Source: Octopus bimaculoides
Lineage: Eukaryota
DNA: 64,000 nucleotides
Direction: 5' to 3'
Assembly: GCF_001194135.2 (NCBI RefSeq)
Contig: NC_068991.1
Coordinates: 16,668,638 to 16,732,637, forward strand
Part shown: positions 11,995-25,553 of the stretch, piece by piece
How the letters are laid out: the number at the start of each line of letters is the position of its first letter
Numbering within the stretch: position 1 is the stretch's first letter
Position numbers and translations under genes: made by a program
Notes under the pieces: model-generated
What the model was told of the DNA's origin: nothing
Databases searched by the model: none
What the model saw: the letters and a program-made list of their open reading frames with translations, nothing else

Positions 11995-14849
11995 TTAATG
12001 TCCATCTTCCATGCTGGCATGGATTGGACAATTCAACAGGAAGTGATAAGCCAGAGTATAGTGTTAAGCTCCAGTGTCCACTTTGACCTGGTTCCTATAG
12101 TTGGATGCTGTTCCTGACACCAACCACATATTGCAGATTACAAAGTAGTGTATTGACTGTTTTTCCGGGGGAGGGGGAGGATCACAGATACAAGTGGAGT
12201 CACCAAGCAACTTACAAGACAAGACCTCTTAACTGAGTGGCGTATAGTATGGAGGGGGGGTAACTTTATACCAGGGGATGAGAGGTTAAAGTATGATAGA
12301 GGAACAAGAACAAGTGTTTTGCTTTAGAGGAGAAACATTGCTACCAAATGTTGAAGGAAATTGAATCATTTCTTTTATTCAAATCCATCCCTGAAGAAAA
12401 ATTTGAATAATTTCAGAGGAAATAGTTATTTAACCTCATCAGAACCGAAGAAATAACAATACAAATTAAGGTGAGAATACATTCCTGACATTGGTGGTTA
12501 AAGTTTAGATAATAACTGAATATTATTTTTCAATTATTACCTCAAAAAAAGAAATTTATCAATCAAAGTCAAACACACAATTCACTGTTGAATGACATAA
12601 TTTTAGCTGTGGGTGACATCATTTTCTGCTATTTAACCTCCAGCCGCTGAAAACAATTGATATCTTTTTTTATTTTACCATATTTTATGCTATTTACTTT
12701 CTAACCATTGAAAACAATTGTTATTAATTTACTTCATAAAAAATAAATGAATAAAATAAAATATTCTTGAATATTTTCTCTTTAAAAAGATTAACTAAAT
12801 TTCTGTTATTTTACATCATAAATTTTTTTTTTTAATTCCAAATAAATAAAATAAATAACTAAATTCAACAGTACCAAAAAAATATTCCATCTTGAACAAT
12901 TTTCAGTTGAATGTATTGACCCCAGTATTTATTTTAAAAGCCTGGCACTTATTCTATTGGCCTCTTTTGCTGAACTGCTACGTTACAGGGATGAAAAACA
13001 CACTTGCACTGGCTTTCAAATAGTGGTGGGGAGGACAAACAGAGGCATAAAGATGCACACACAGATATATATATATACATATATAGGGAGAATTCACAAA
13101 AAAAAACAAAAGACGAAGACAGGTGGTGTAGAAAACAAACAGAATGTCTTTAACATTTCGAGCCTATACTCTATACATATATACAACAGGCTTCTTTCAA
13201 ATCCATTCACAAGGCTTTGGTCAGCCCAAGACTATAGTAGAAGACACTTGCCCAAGGTACCATGCAGTGGGACTGAACCCTGGACCATGTAGTTGGGAAG
13301 CAAGTTTTCCAACTGGAGTCTACATCCTATTCTGAAAGGCATCAACGAAAAATATACATATACACTCATGCATGCATACACTCGAAGTGAGAACAAGAAC
13401 CTTTTTGTGGTCACTCAATCTGCTAGAAATTGTATCTACACTATGCAACATATATGCATTGTTTAAGTTCTTACTGCAAGGAATTTTGGAATTCAGCAAC
13501 AGTAAATCACTATATGATATTCTTTTGCAAGAGGTTCTGAGACCAGCATGATTACCAGGCATTGGTTCAGTTACTCTCCAGGATGTCGGTGATACGCATT
13601 GGTAAACGAGCAATATCAACAACAATAACAGCAACAACAGACTAACTTCTTGGTCTTGTGCTTTGGCATCCAGTGTTATCAGGAATTGTGTAGGGTGGAC
13701 CCAAAACCTATAGCATGAACAAGTCTTTCTTCTCGGCTATAATATATGCCATGGAGAGAAAGAGAAAGGGAGCTAGAGAAGTGATCTATTGATGTAAGCA
13801 GCAGAAATGTAATATAATCAACAAGTGTTTCTCCATAACAAACCTTCCTTTGGGTTAAAATAATATGTACAATGAAAAGGGAGAAAGAGAAAGTAAAATG
13901 CAGACTATTACTATAAACAGCAGAAACAGTATATAATTAACAAGTGCTTATCAATAACCTCTGGGTCAAAAATATGTACAATGGAGAGAGAGAGAGAGAG
14001 ACAGAGAGAGGTGAAGACCAATGCTATAGACAGCAAAAACACTATATAATTAACAAGTGTTTATCAATAATAGACCTTCCTTCAGTTTGAAACATGTACT
14101 GTGAAGAATGAGGGAGAGAAATAAGATAGACGGATAAATAGGAGTGAGTGAGAAAAGGGGAGATTATGAGGAAGTGAGAAGGAGAGAAAAAGAGAGGAGT
14201 GATATTGAGAGATTGGTGTGTTCCATCACTGTAAGCAATAGAAACACTGTATAATTGATGAATATTTATCAATACTAGCCATTCCTGGGAAAAAAGAGAA
14301 AGTCGGAGAAAGTGAGAAAGAGAAAGAAAAATTAGACAAAGTAAAAGAGAGAGGCAAAGAGAGAAAGAGGTGGGCAAGGTCAGTTTATTGCTGTATATGG
14401 CAGAGGCATTTGTAATTGGAGAAATGTTTAGCAACATCAAACATTTCCTCTTGGTTGAAATAAGTGTCTTGGAGGGGGAGAGAAAGTGAGAGAAAGAAAC
14501 TGAGTTTGAAAGATAGAGAGTGACACAGACAGAGAGAGAGAGAGAGAGAGAGAAGAAGAAGGTTATTGCTGTAGTTGCTTGGCCTCAAATCAACCTCGAG
14601 CAAGAATGGCCCACAATCAAAGTCACTCCAACCATGACTATCACATATTTGTGTATTATTTTAGGAGTACATTGCTCATTGCATCCTTCCTTTCTGAAGA
14701 CAGCCGGATGTAATTTAAGAAAGATATGATTGCTATTTCTAGGTTAAATGGCCACATAGTGGTTGCCTCGTTGGCTCAGTTCATTGCTAAATGTAATGGC
14801 AATGTACAATTGATGAGCAAAAGCTTCTGGTAGGTAAAGTCTATTTTTG

Positions 14850-15275
14850 AAAGAAGGTGTGTTGCAGCATAGAATAGTCTGCACTGGTGATGTTGAATGA
14901 AAAGACTCTGGTGGAGAAAGTCTATTAATAAAAGAAGAGGTGATACAACAATCGAAGAAGGCCAATAGTGGAGAAAGCCTGAAGTATTACAACATAATAG
15001 TCTGCACTGCCAGTGTTGAACCTCAAAGCCTTTGGTGGATAAGTCCATTTATGAAAGAAGGGATGTTGCAACAAAATAAAAAAACAACCAATGGTGGAGA
15101 AAGCCTATTTCTGAAAGAAAGGGCGTTGAAGATAATAGTCTATACTGGTGGTGTTGAACCACAAAGCCTTTGGCACAAAAGTCCATTTATGAAAGAAATG
15201 ATGTTACAACAATATAAAAAACAGCCAATGATGGAGAAAGACCATTTATGAAAGAAAATTTGTTGCAACTACAGG
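14850..15275. repeat. Degenerate minisatellite, about 138-bp higher-order unit
   Basis: atagtct(g/a)(c/t)actg at about 14875, 14997 and 15135. agtccatttatgaaagaa at about 15042 and 15180, with a variant at about 15239. Confidence 0.65.
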
Positions 15276-15949
15276 CAGTCTAGTGGTGGGGGTAATCAAG
15301 TGGACCTGCAATACATAATGGTGGTGCTCTAGTGCATCCAAGGTATATATTGACAGTGGTAGTGGTGGTCTAGTGTATCAGGTATACACTCACAGGAACC
15401 TAACAAGCAACTTCTTGGAGCCAATGAAGGAGCTTCTAGAATTGATTTGGTCCAATTTAGAAATAGTTACCCATCAAAAAAGTGGATGGTTCTGGTGGGA
15501 ATGCTTCGGGTCACAGGTCTACTCAATGAGGTTTGAGCCCTGGGAATAAACAACCGTGACAACAACAACAACGACAACAACAACAACAGCAGCAACAACA
15601 ACAGTAAGAAAATTATTATTATTACGAGGTGTAAAATATTCCTTCTTGTACAAAAAGAGACTTTATTTTTTAATAAGCTTTCTTGACACCAATAATTGAT
15701 ATTGTAATGTATAGTGAATTCTTCCCAGAGGATTTTTTTGCCCTGTAATATATTCGGTGTCATGTAATGGCACCATAAATTAAAAGTAGTTTTATCACTG
15801 ATTATCCTAGCATTGAACAGAGAATACGTGTTTATATTTTAAACATGCTAAACGNNNNNNNNNNNNNNNNNNNNNNGAGTGAGGGAGGGAGGGAGGGAGG
15901 GAAGGAAAGTGATAATTTGAGAATCTGGGTTCTTATATTTTCAATTATT

Positions 15950-16674
15950 TTATTCTCCAATACCATTACCACGACTACCAACACCACCTCCAACACCACT
16001 GCCACCACCAACAACAACACCACTACCATCACCCCCACCACCAACAGCATCACTACCACCAAGACTATCACTACCACCATCACTAACATGAGAAACTATA
16101 ATCACAGCTGTCATAACTACCATGGCTACAATTGCCACTGGCACCACTACCATCACCACAAACTGCCACCAACTCTACAATCACCACTATCACCAACATC
16201 AGAACCATAATTGACAGTAATCACTGCTAGCTTCATCATCGTCAACATCATTATCATCCATCAACATAATTGCCACCACTACCACCAACCATTATCTGCA
16301 GTGCAATCACCACCACCACCACCACCACCACTACCATCACTACAACCATCATCATCGTCATCATAATCACAAAAATCATTACCATCAGCACGACAATAGC
16401 AATCCACAGCACCACTGCCGGCACCATCACCACCACCACCATCACAAGAATTAACACCATCATCAACATCACTGTCATCATTATCACCACCACCACTACA
16501 GCCACCACCACAACCACCACTGATAGTAGAGGCAGTGGTGAGTGCTAAGGTGTATAATGACTGTGACTCAAAGAAAACGATGATGATGATGACGATGATG
16601 ATGATGGTGATGGTGATGGTGATGGTGATGGTGATGATACCAGAAGTAGAGTCTTCTTAGACACAAACACAAAC

Positions 16675-16772
<98 letters not shown>

Positions 16773-17170
16773 TACACACACACACTGCTGCTAACCTTGA
16801 TGACCATGATAATTAGCAGAGGGGGGGTGAGGGTGGGGATGGGGGAGCTATGATGATAAAACATTTATTAGGGATGTAATAATGTTTATATGATGATGGT
16901 AATGATGATGATGATGGTGATGAATATGGTAATGATGATTAAGATGATAACAGTGGATAGATATGCGATAACAGTAATCATGACAATTCTGAATATCTTC
17001 AGATTGGCTGTTGTTTGGTTGATGTTTTTGTTGTCAGTGACGATGACAACGATGATGACAATGATTAGGATGATGATGATGATGATAACGAGATAATGAT
17101 GTCAATGAAGATAAAAATAATATGAATGATGATGACGATCAAGACAATGATGATGACAGCTGCCACTGAC
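15950..17170. repeat. Degenerate (ACC/ATC)n, (CA)n and (GAT)n low-complexity block
   Basis: Similar blocks at 290-700, 19865-20225, 38860-39150 and 40480-40720. Confidence 0.85.
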
Positions 17171-17294
17171 TATAAACCGCAATTATTTCTCTCAGAACAA
17201 GAAGTACTTTTAACAAGTTTACATACAGTGTGTATGTATGTGTATGTATGTATATATCGTCATCATCAAGGCCGGCATGGGTATGCATATATAG

Positions 17295-17342
<48 letters not shown>

Positions 17343-18103
17343 AAGAATATATATGCATGTATACACACATATATGTACATACTTACATCTACATGTGTAT
17401 ATAGATGCATATCAGGGTACAGGACGTTAAAACAATGAACTACAGACAACGGAACAAACACATAGGAAAACAGATAGCCACTTGGAATTGATCCTTCGTC
17501 AGCTGCCTCTATTCTAACTAGACGTTATATATANNNNNNNNNNNNNNNNNNNNNNNNNNNNNNNNNNNNNNNNNNNNNNNNNNNNNNNNNNNNNNNNNNN
17601 NNNNNNNNNNNNNNNNNNNNNNNNNNNNNNNNNNNNNNNNNNNNNNNNNNNNNNNNNNNNNNNNNNNNNNNNNNNNNNNNNNNNNNNNNNNNNNNNNNNN
17701 NNNNNNNNNNNNNNNNNNNNNNNNNNNNNNNNNNNNNNNNNNNNNNNNNNNNNNNNNNNNNNNNNNNNNNNNNNNNNNNNNNNNNNNNNNNNNNNNNNNN
17801 NNNNNNNNNNNNNNNNNNNNNNNNNNNNNNNNNNNNNNNNNNNNNNNNNNNNNNNNNNNNNNNNNNNNNNNNNNNNNNNNNNNNNNNNNNNNNNNNNNNN
17901 NNNNNNNNNNNNNNNNNNNNNNNNNNNNNNNNNNNNNNNNNNNNNNNNNNNNNNNNNNNNNNNNNNNNNNNNNNNNNNNNNACAGAGTAAAATAAATATA
18001 AATATATAGTTTTATTGTGCTTTTAATTATTAATTTTTCTATATGTGACAGTGGATTTTCATCGATCAGTTCATGAATCTTGGTTCTTTTCCCTAAAACT
18101 ATA

Positions 18104-18144
<41 letters not shown>

Positions 18145-18262
18145 GGGAAAAGGCCAACAAAAACCAAGTCAGGACAAGTATCTCAAGTCATTTAGAATAT
18201 TTGATTAGAGTAAGGGGAATTTGAGGTAATTAATTGATTAGTTAATTAATTAATTATTGGAC

Positions 18263-18335
18263 ATCTTACAGTTGTTTCTGGAATATCCCAAGTTAGCATC
18301 TTCATACACTGGGAATTCTGTCATCAGGGACAAGG
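18263..18335 (-). ncRNA. Degenerate hammerhead motif adjacent to the Penelope RT fragment
   Basis: Minus strand CTGATGA (18327-21)..GAATTCCCA/TGGGATATTC..GAAAC-AACT-GTA-AGAT. Stem I no longer pairs. Confidence 0.45.
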
Positions 18336-18439
18336 TGAGTATGAAAGGGAATTCACAGTTTATAAAGGAGTAACATAGTAGATAGAAGAATAAAGAGTAA
18401 AACAGTAGATAGAGGAATACAGAAATATATATTCACTAA

Positions 18440-18712
18440 CTATTGAGGAATACACTGGCTCTATTAGGAAGGACTTGTACAAGTCCTACAAGAGAGCCCT
18501 GACATCTGCCCTGGATACCATTAACACCAGCCACTGTAAACTGGTGAACAAACTTGAAGTAGACAATCACACAGAGCCCTACAACCCAAGAGTTCCGCAT
18601 TTCAACATTAAAGACCACAAAGTGGATTTCATAACCAAACCCTCTATAAGGCTCATCTGCCCTACCAAATCGGACTTAGGCTGAATCAGTAAGAATATAC
18701 TAGACAATATAA
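18440..18712 (+). mobile_element. Penelope-like element, RT N-terminal fragment
   Basis: ...PHFNIKDHKVDFITKPSIRLICPTKSDLG*ISKNILDNI matches the PLE motif FITLKDHKxNFxxxPxxRLINPxKSExGxISKxILD. One in-frame stop, and the fragment ends in a (CA)n tract. Confidence 0.8.
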
Positions 18713-18998
18713 TACACACACACACACACACACTGTTACATACATATAAACTCTACATACTACAATACATACACTACACAATACACACACTACACTATAA
18801 TACACACATACACTACACTACATACACACAAACCCTACACACTATAGTACATATGCACTGCACTATAACATACAAACAATCCCCATGCTATAATACACAT
18901 ACATACATACTATAAGACACTATCCCATACAATACTCACTATATAATACATACATATTATTCCACACTACAATACATGCACACTATACTGTAACACAT

Positions 18999-19459
18999 TG
19001 TTGTTGTTGTTGTTGGCACTCCNNNNNNNNNNNNNNNNNNNNNNNNNNNNNNNNNNNNNNNNNNNNNNNNNNNNNNNNNNNNNNNNNNNNNNNNNNNNNN
19101 NNNNNNNNNNNNNNNNNNNNNNNNNNNNNNNNNNNNNNNNNNNNNNNNATTAACGTGCAAGTGGCTGAGCACTCCACAGACACGTGTACCCTTAACGTAG
19201 TTCTCGGGGATACTCAGCGTGACACAGTGTGACAAGGCTGACCCTTTGAATTAGAGGCACAACAGAAACAGGAAGTAAGAGTGAGAGAAAGTTGTGGTGA
19301 AAGAGTACAGCAGGGTTCGCCACCTTCCCCTGCTGGAGCCTTGTGGAGCTTTAGATGTTTTCGCTCAATAAACACTCACAACGCCCGGTCTGGCAATCAA
19401 AACCGCGATCCTATGACTGCGAGTCCGCTGCCCTAACCACTGGGCCATTGCATCTCCAC
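18999..19459 (-). mobile_element. tRNA-derived SINE spanning an assembly gap
   Basis: Same family, with the 12-bp TSD actgtaacacat (18987-98 and 19460-71). Confidence 0.8.
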
Positions 19460-19709
19460 ACTGTAACACATACACACTATAATACACACAACCACACACT
19501 ATTATACACACAAACACACACACTCTACACTATAACACACAGAGACTACACCAGATACTATACTATACTACACATCCAAAATACACCAGACAATAGCCTA
19601 GACTATACTATTATATGCACAGTGCACCTCATAGTACCCTACATAAACACATATTGTATATTTATTGTACACACATTGTATATTTATTGTACAATATGTA
19701 TGTTGTGAA

Positions 19710-19747
<38 letters not shown>

Positions 19748-20610
19748 TCTATAGTGTGCATCTGCATGTTCTTTAGTGTATGTGTGCTGGATAGTATCTC
19801 TGTGCAATGTGAAGGACACTAGAGAGAGACATGGAGAAAGTTTTCTTTTAAAACTATAGGAGGGTGACCACCACCACCACCACCACCACCACTACCATCA
19901 GCATACAAAACGGTGGTGGGGGTAATGAAGTCAAGACTACAACTGCAAGTCATGGTGTTATTGATGGTAGAGGTAGTTGTTGTGGTGATGGCAGTGGTGA
20001 TGGTGATGGTGATGGTGGTGGTGGTGGTGGTGGCAGTGGTGGTACTTGTAGGGCTATTATTAGTAAGTGTTGGCAATGGTAGTGGTGATGGTGGTGGTTG
20101 TAGTGGTGCTTCTTGTTATGCTACTGCCGGCAATACTGTTAATTGGTAGTAGGGTGGTGATGGTGTGGTGGTAGTGTGGTGGTGGTGGTGGTGGTGAAAG
20201 TGGTGGTGGTACTGCTGCTACTGCAGCTGGCAGCAGTATAAAATAAAGAAAGAAGTAAAAGACAAGAGAATACAAGTACTGCAATCTCAACAATTAAATG
20301 AGACATTTTAAAGAGAGAGTTAATCCCTGTTACTTTCAACAGAAACATGCAAGAAAAAGAGTAGCAGGAGGAGGTAATAATAACTGTTACTGATTTAGGT
20401 ACAATGGCCAGCAATTCGGTGGGGAGGGGATTTAGTCAATTACAGTGACCCCAGTATTTGACTGGTACTTTATTTCATTAGTACTTTATTTTATCAACCT
20501 TGGAGGAATGGCACATAAAATTGACCTCAGCAGGATTTGAACTCAGAACATAACGGGCAGGAATAAATTCTACAAAGCATTTTCTTCAGTACTAACAATT
20601 CTTCCGGGAC

Positions 20611-21375
20611 TAGATGCCTGAGTAATAAAACAGGGCACTTTAGGCAAGGAATTAATCCTTTGCTACATTCCAGGGACCCTATATAGAGAAAGAGAAGTAA
20701 TAAGTTTTAGAGGGACCACCTTTGGTTCTATAATACAAATTCCCTGAGTAATAGATGCTTGAGTAATAAAACAGGGCACTTTGGGCAAGGAATTAATCCC
20801 TTGCTACATTCCAGGGACCCTATATAGAGAAAGAGAAGTAATAATNNNNNNNNNNNNNNNNNNNNNNNNNNNNNNNNNNNNNNNNNNNNNNNNNNNNNNN
20901 NNNNNNNNNNNNNNNNNNNNNNNNNNNNNNNNNNNNNNNNNNNNNNNNNNNNNNNNNNNNNNNNNNNNNNNNNNNNNNNNNNNNNNNNNNNNNNNNNNNN
21001 NNNNNNNNNNNNNNNNNNNNNNNNNNNNNNNNNNNNNNNNNNNNNNNNNNNNNNNNNNNNNNNNNNNNNNNNNNNNNNNNNNNNNNNNNNNNNNNGTAAT
21101 AGATGCCTGAGTAATAAAACAGGGCACTTTGGGCAAGGAATTAATCCCTTGCTACATTCCAGGGACCCTATATAGAGAAAGAGAAGTAATAAGTTTTAGA
21201 GGGACCACCTTTGGTTCTATAATACAAATTCCTTGAGTAATAGATGCCTGAGTAATAAAACAGGGCACTTTGGGCAAGGAATTAATCCCTTGCTACATTC
21301 CAGGGACCCTATATAGAGAAAGAGAAGTAATAATTTTTAGAAGGACCACCTTTGGTTCTATAATACAAATTCCCT
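20611..21375. repeat. 141-bp tandem repeat spanning a gap
   Basis: The unit start tagatgcctgagtaataaaacagggc occurs at 20611, 20752, 21100 and 21241 (period 141 on each side of the gap). Confidence 0.8.
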
Positions 21376-23727
21376 GTTTGTGATTTAAGTTAAAGTCTTC
21401 ATCAAAATTTCATTTTAATTTGTGTTCCAAATACTAGCTTAATAATTACAAAGTTATTTTACTAAATTCTTCATTATTTTCAAGATTAATTGACAAAGTG
21501 TATTTCAACAGAAAAAGAGTAATAATAAGTGTTAAGCTGTAGACTGCCTCAGTAAAATCTTACCCCGCTTCTCAGTCAATGCTGACCTCATTGAAAATCA
21601 CACAGTAGATGTGTCACTTAGGAACACAACCAATTCCACATTCTTCACACCAGAAAATGAAATGAACCAGTCACTCAGCCACAGCCCAAGGGGGAGCTTT
21701 AACAAAAGAACAAGACCACAACTGAAATAGTACTATTTTATAGACACCAAAGAACATGTTACCCAACCATCAAAATTGGAAGAAGAAGAAGAAAAACATG
21801 ACCATTACAATTTCACCTACTGTGGCTCTGCATCTCTTTATAAAGATGGGGCTGAGTCAAATTTGGTAGGGTTATTTTATCCCTTAAATAAACCATCCAG
21901 CCTGATTTCTTTGGATGTGGTTTCACCAGAATGTTTTGATAATGAAATGGAACATATCAAACTGAAAGACAATCTTTTGTTGCATTCATCAGAAACTGCA
22001 AAAGAGTTTGATTGTAACTGGAAGACAGGTGTGTAACAGACTATTCTGAATATCCTGTGGTAAAAGCATCTGCCTAAGCAAAGACTGAATAACAATCTTC
22101 ATGCAAAGAGATTGTTGTGTGCACTTTGCAGGACTAATGGAGAGCTAAGCAAAGACTCATTAGTGATACACTCCAATGGGCACCTCATCATAGACATTCA
22201 CTGATTCGATATAACCACTGTAAAGTGGTTGGCATTAGGAAAGGCATTCAACAATAGAAACCATGCCAAATCAGACTGGAATCTAGTGCAGCTCTCTAGT
22301 TTGCCAACTCTGGTCTCTAGCTTGCCAACCCATGCCAGCATGGAAAACGGATGTTAAATGACAATAATGATGGCGATGATGAAGACGGCCACCTAGCATA
22401 AAAGACCTGCAATGCCCAGCTCAGTATGGACATTATGCTATTGCCCTTCTGACTCCCAGAATGATAAGCAGACTCATGATGGACGGTGTGATTGGGTTAA
22501 GCAGATCCTAACTGAGCTCAACAAGATGACATGATGAATAGTAAAACTGGTTCTGCCTCAGTGACAAAATGGGATATTTTGAATTGAGGCAGCAAACTGG
22601 TAGAGTCTTTAAAACACTGGGTAGAATGCTCTGCAGTATTTGTTCTGAATCCATATACTCTAAGTTCAAATCCTGCCAAGATCAATTTTGCCTTTCATCT
22701 ATTTTTCTTTTTTTTTTTTTGAAGTGAGGGAAGTTTTGTGCCTCCCATGATTTCAACATATACTGACTCAGGTGGTTACATGCTGTTTAACTCATAACTG
22801 GGACCTGACAAGTGTTACTACACTAGGTCAGAGTAGACCTGGAAACAACAGGGGATAAGAGGTGGGGTCCACACTTCTTGAAACATTGAAACTCCCAAAC
22901 CAGGGATCCACTAGTGGATGCCATTTAAAGTCTAATTAACTTTTAAACACTAGGCATGGCTGTGTGATAAGAAGCTTGCTTCCCAACCACTTGGTTTCAG
23001 GTTCAGTCCCACTGCATGGCACCTTGGGCAAATGTCTTTTACTATAAACTTGGGCCTACCAAAGCCTTGTGAATGAATTTGGTAGATGGAAACTGAAAGA
23101 AGCCCGTCGTATATGTGTGTGTGTATGTGGGGGGGGGTTGTTAATACAGATAAAAAAGTAAATTTCAAATGCAGTATAGCCGTGAAAATTTTATGAAATG
23201 TTTGTGCTTGTACATTATATTTATTCATGCATGCATAAATACATACATACATTAACTTTTATATATTAAGATTTCTCGTCGCAAATCAGGCCAAGCCACT
23301 ACAATAACCACTATAATAATAATGATAATAATAATTTAACAAAAACATCATATGTAGTACAGAAAACAATCACAATATATTTACACTCAGCAAAATCATA
23401 AAAATTTTATGAAGAGGAAAGCCTGAGTGAATGAGAGAGTAAGAGAAACGAAACTATTCAAATTAATAATTTAGTCAAATTAATAATTTAGCTGTAACAT
23501 AATCGTCAGTCAAACCTCTAAAGATTATATTACAAAATGTTAACATAGAAAGTTATTATATTTATATAGTTATAACATTAGGAATGTCACGCAAAAGTCA
23601 TAAAATGCCATATCCAATCCGTGTGTTGCAGGCTGTTCTTCATAAATCAAGATCAATCACTCATCTTCATCCAATACAAATGTTGTTATTTAACCCCAGG
23701 TCCAATTCTGATCAAGCAGACCCTTAA

Positions 23728-23948
23728 CCCTTTCGTTACTATATTTATTTTGAGATGCTCTGCATTTTTTTCAATTACTTTAAATATAACAAAGAATTTA
23801 GTAAAATAACTTAGTTACCATTAAGCTAGTGTTAGGAACATAAATTGTGACTAAGGTTTGGTGGAAGATTTTAATTCAAAACTTATGAAAACAAGACATT
23901 TGTACCACAGAGCCAGAGGTGGCTTCATCCGAGTTGGTAACGAAAGGG
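23728..23948. mobile_element. TTAA-flanked (piggyBac-like) MITE, family CCCTTTCGTTAC
   Basis: TTAA|CCCTTTCGTTAC ... GTAACGAAAGGG|TTAA, with perfect 12-bp TIRs. Confidence 0.8.
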
Positions 23949-24581
23949 TTAATCAAAAGTGTTCCGACCATGACCATCCCATCCTTTTCTTATGTACAGG
24001 GAGCCCAGGATCACACTATCCCACATGTTCTTTCTTAAATTGGTACGGTGTGATTTGAGGAGGATTTGGCAGCTATTTCTAGTAGGTTGAGTAACTGACT
24101 GCGTAGATGCTATCAAGTTGGTTTGATACGACTGTAGCATTAGAAGCTCATGTAGGAGGGATAGTGAGACAGAGTGGTTGATAAGGCAAGGCTCAAGTGT
24201 TAAAAGTACTGATCTACAGGTCAGAGTGAAAGGGACGATAGTTCTAAACCCACTACTATCATAATCATCGTCAACAATATCATTATCAGTGAGTTCATTT
24301 ATCCATTTCATATCTCTTTTCCCATGCGAGCATGGATTAGACAGGGACTTGTTTCAGTCAGTATTTTACCCCCACATGCCGATCCTGTTGCCATTCTTTG
24401 CCTGGTTTCTTATTCTATTCCACTAACCTTAGAAAGCACAAACGCTGTGATTGGTTATGTGTCTTTGTGTCTGTATTTGTCCGCAACCATCGCTTGACAA
24501 CCAGTGTTGGTGAGTTTACATCCCCATAACTTGGCAGTTTAGCAAAAGAAATTGATAGAATAAGCACTAGACTTATAAGTA

Positions 24582-24969
24582 GAGGCGCAATGGCCCAGTG
24601 GTTAGGGCAGCGGACTCGCGGTCATAGGATTGCGGTTTCGATTCCCAGACCGGGCATTGTGAGTGTTTATTGAGCGAAAACACCTAAAGCTCCACGAGGC
24701 TCCGGCAGGAGATGGTGGCGAACCCTGCTGTACCCTTTCACCACAACTTTCTCTCACTCTTACTTCCTGTTTCTGTTGTGCCTGTATTTCAAAGGGGCCA
24801 GTTTTGTCACTCTGTGTCACGCTGAATATCCCCCGAGAACTACGTTAAGGGTACACGTGTCTGTGGAGTGCTCAGCCATTTGCACGTTAATTTCATGAGC
24901 AGGCTGTTCCATTGATCGGATCAACTGGAACCCTCGACGTTGTAAGCGACGGAGTGCCAACAACAACAA
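24582..24969 (+). mobile_element. tRNA-derived SINE (tRNA-Arg-like head), full length
   Basis: Head GAGGCGCAATGGCCCAGTGGTTAGGGCAGCGGACTCGCGGTC..GGTTTCGATTCCC with A and B boxes and a TCG anticodon-like loop. Conserved body and (CAA)n tail. Confidence 0.85.
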
Positions 24970-25553
24970 TTCACAAGCTAACAAAGAAATCTCTAAATGG
25001 TTCTTTACCCTGCTAGGAACATTAGCTAAATCTCCCTCAAATTACACACCTTATGTCTTGAAATGGAAGAAAACATTTCATGATGCACTTCTTGATACGC
25101 TATGTTTGAAATAGATACCAGATTAACACATCTGGACAGTCTTTGATCATAAGTTAACTCAATACCAGTGCTGACCTGGGACTAAACAACAAAAAGTACA
25201 TATCCTCGCTCCAGGACCACACTGTTTCAAATCTAATCTGTTGTCTGTTGAGGTTTGTTGGAATAGTAAACGATCTTCAGTTTTTCCACAAAGAAAGAGA
25301 AGTGGTGAGAGACTTGTGTCTAACAGAGAAGAGTAAGTAATAAAGTGAGAGAGAGTGTATGTGTGTGCCAGTATGAAGAGAGAATATGTACATGTCAGAG
25401 TGTTTTAGTGTGTATGTGTGTGAGAGAAAGACAGATAGACAGACAGACAAGGTATTCATAGTTGCTTTTGTTAGAAAATCATGAGGCAGAAAAAGAGGGA
25501 AAAAAAACTAGAGACCAGAGAAATGAGCAATGGTTTTTATCAGCATGTATTAA

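Noticed and set aside
20611-21375. CRISPR-like array
   Set aside because: Eukaryotic context; the units are contiguous 141-bp repeats without unique spacers.
24582-24660. tRNA-Arg gene (also at 28156, 40072, 49307 and 19459)
   Set aside because: The tRNA-like heads continue into a shared SINE body with tail and TSDs; there is no proper acceptor stem or Pol III terminator.
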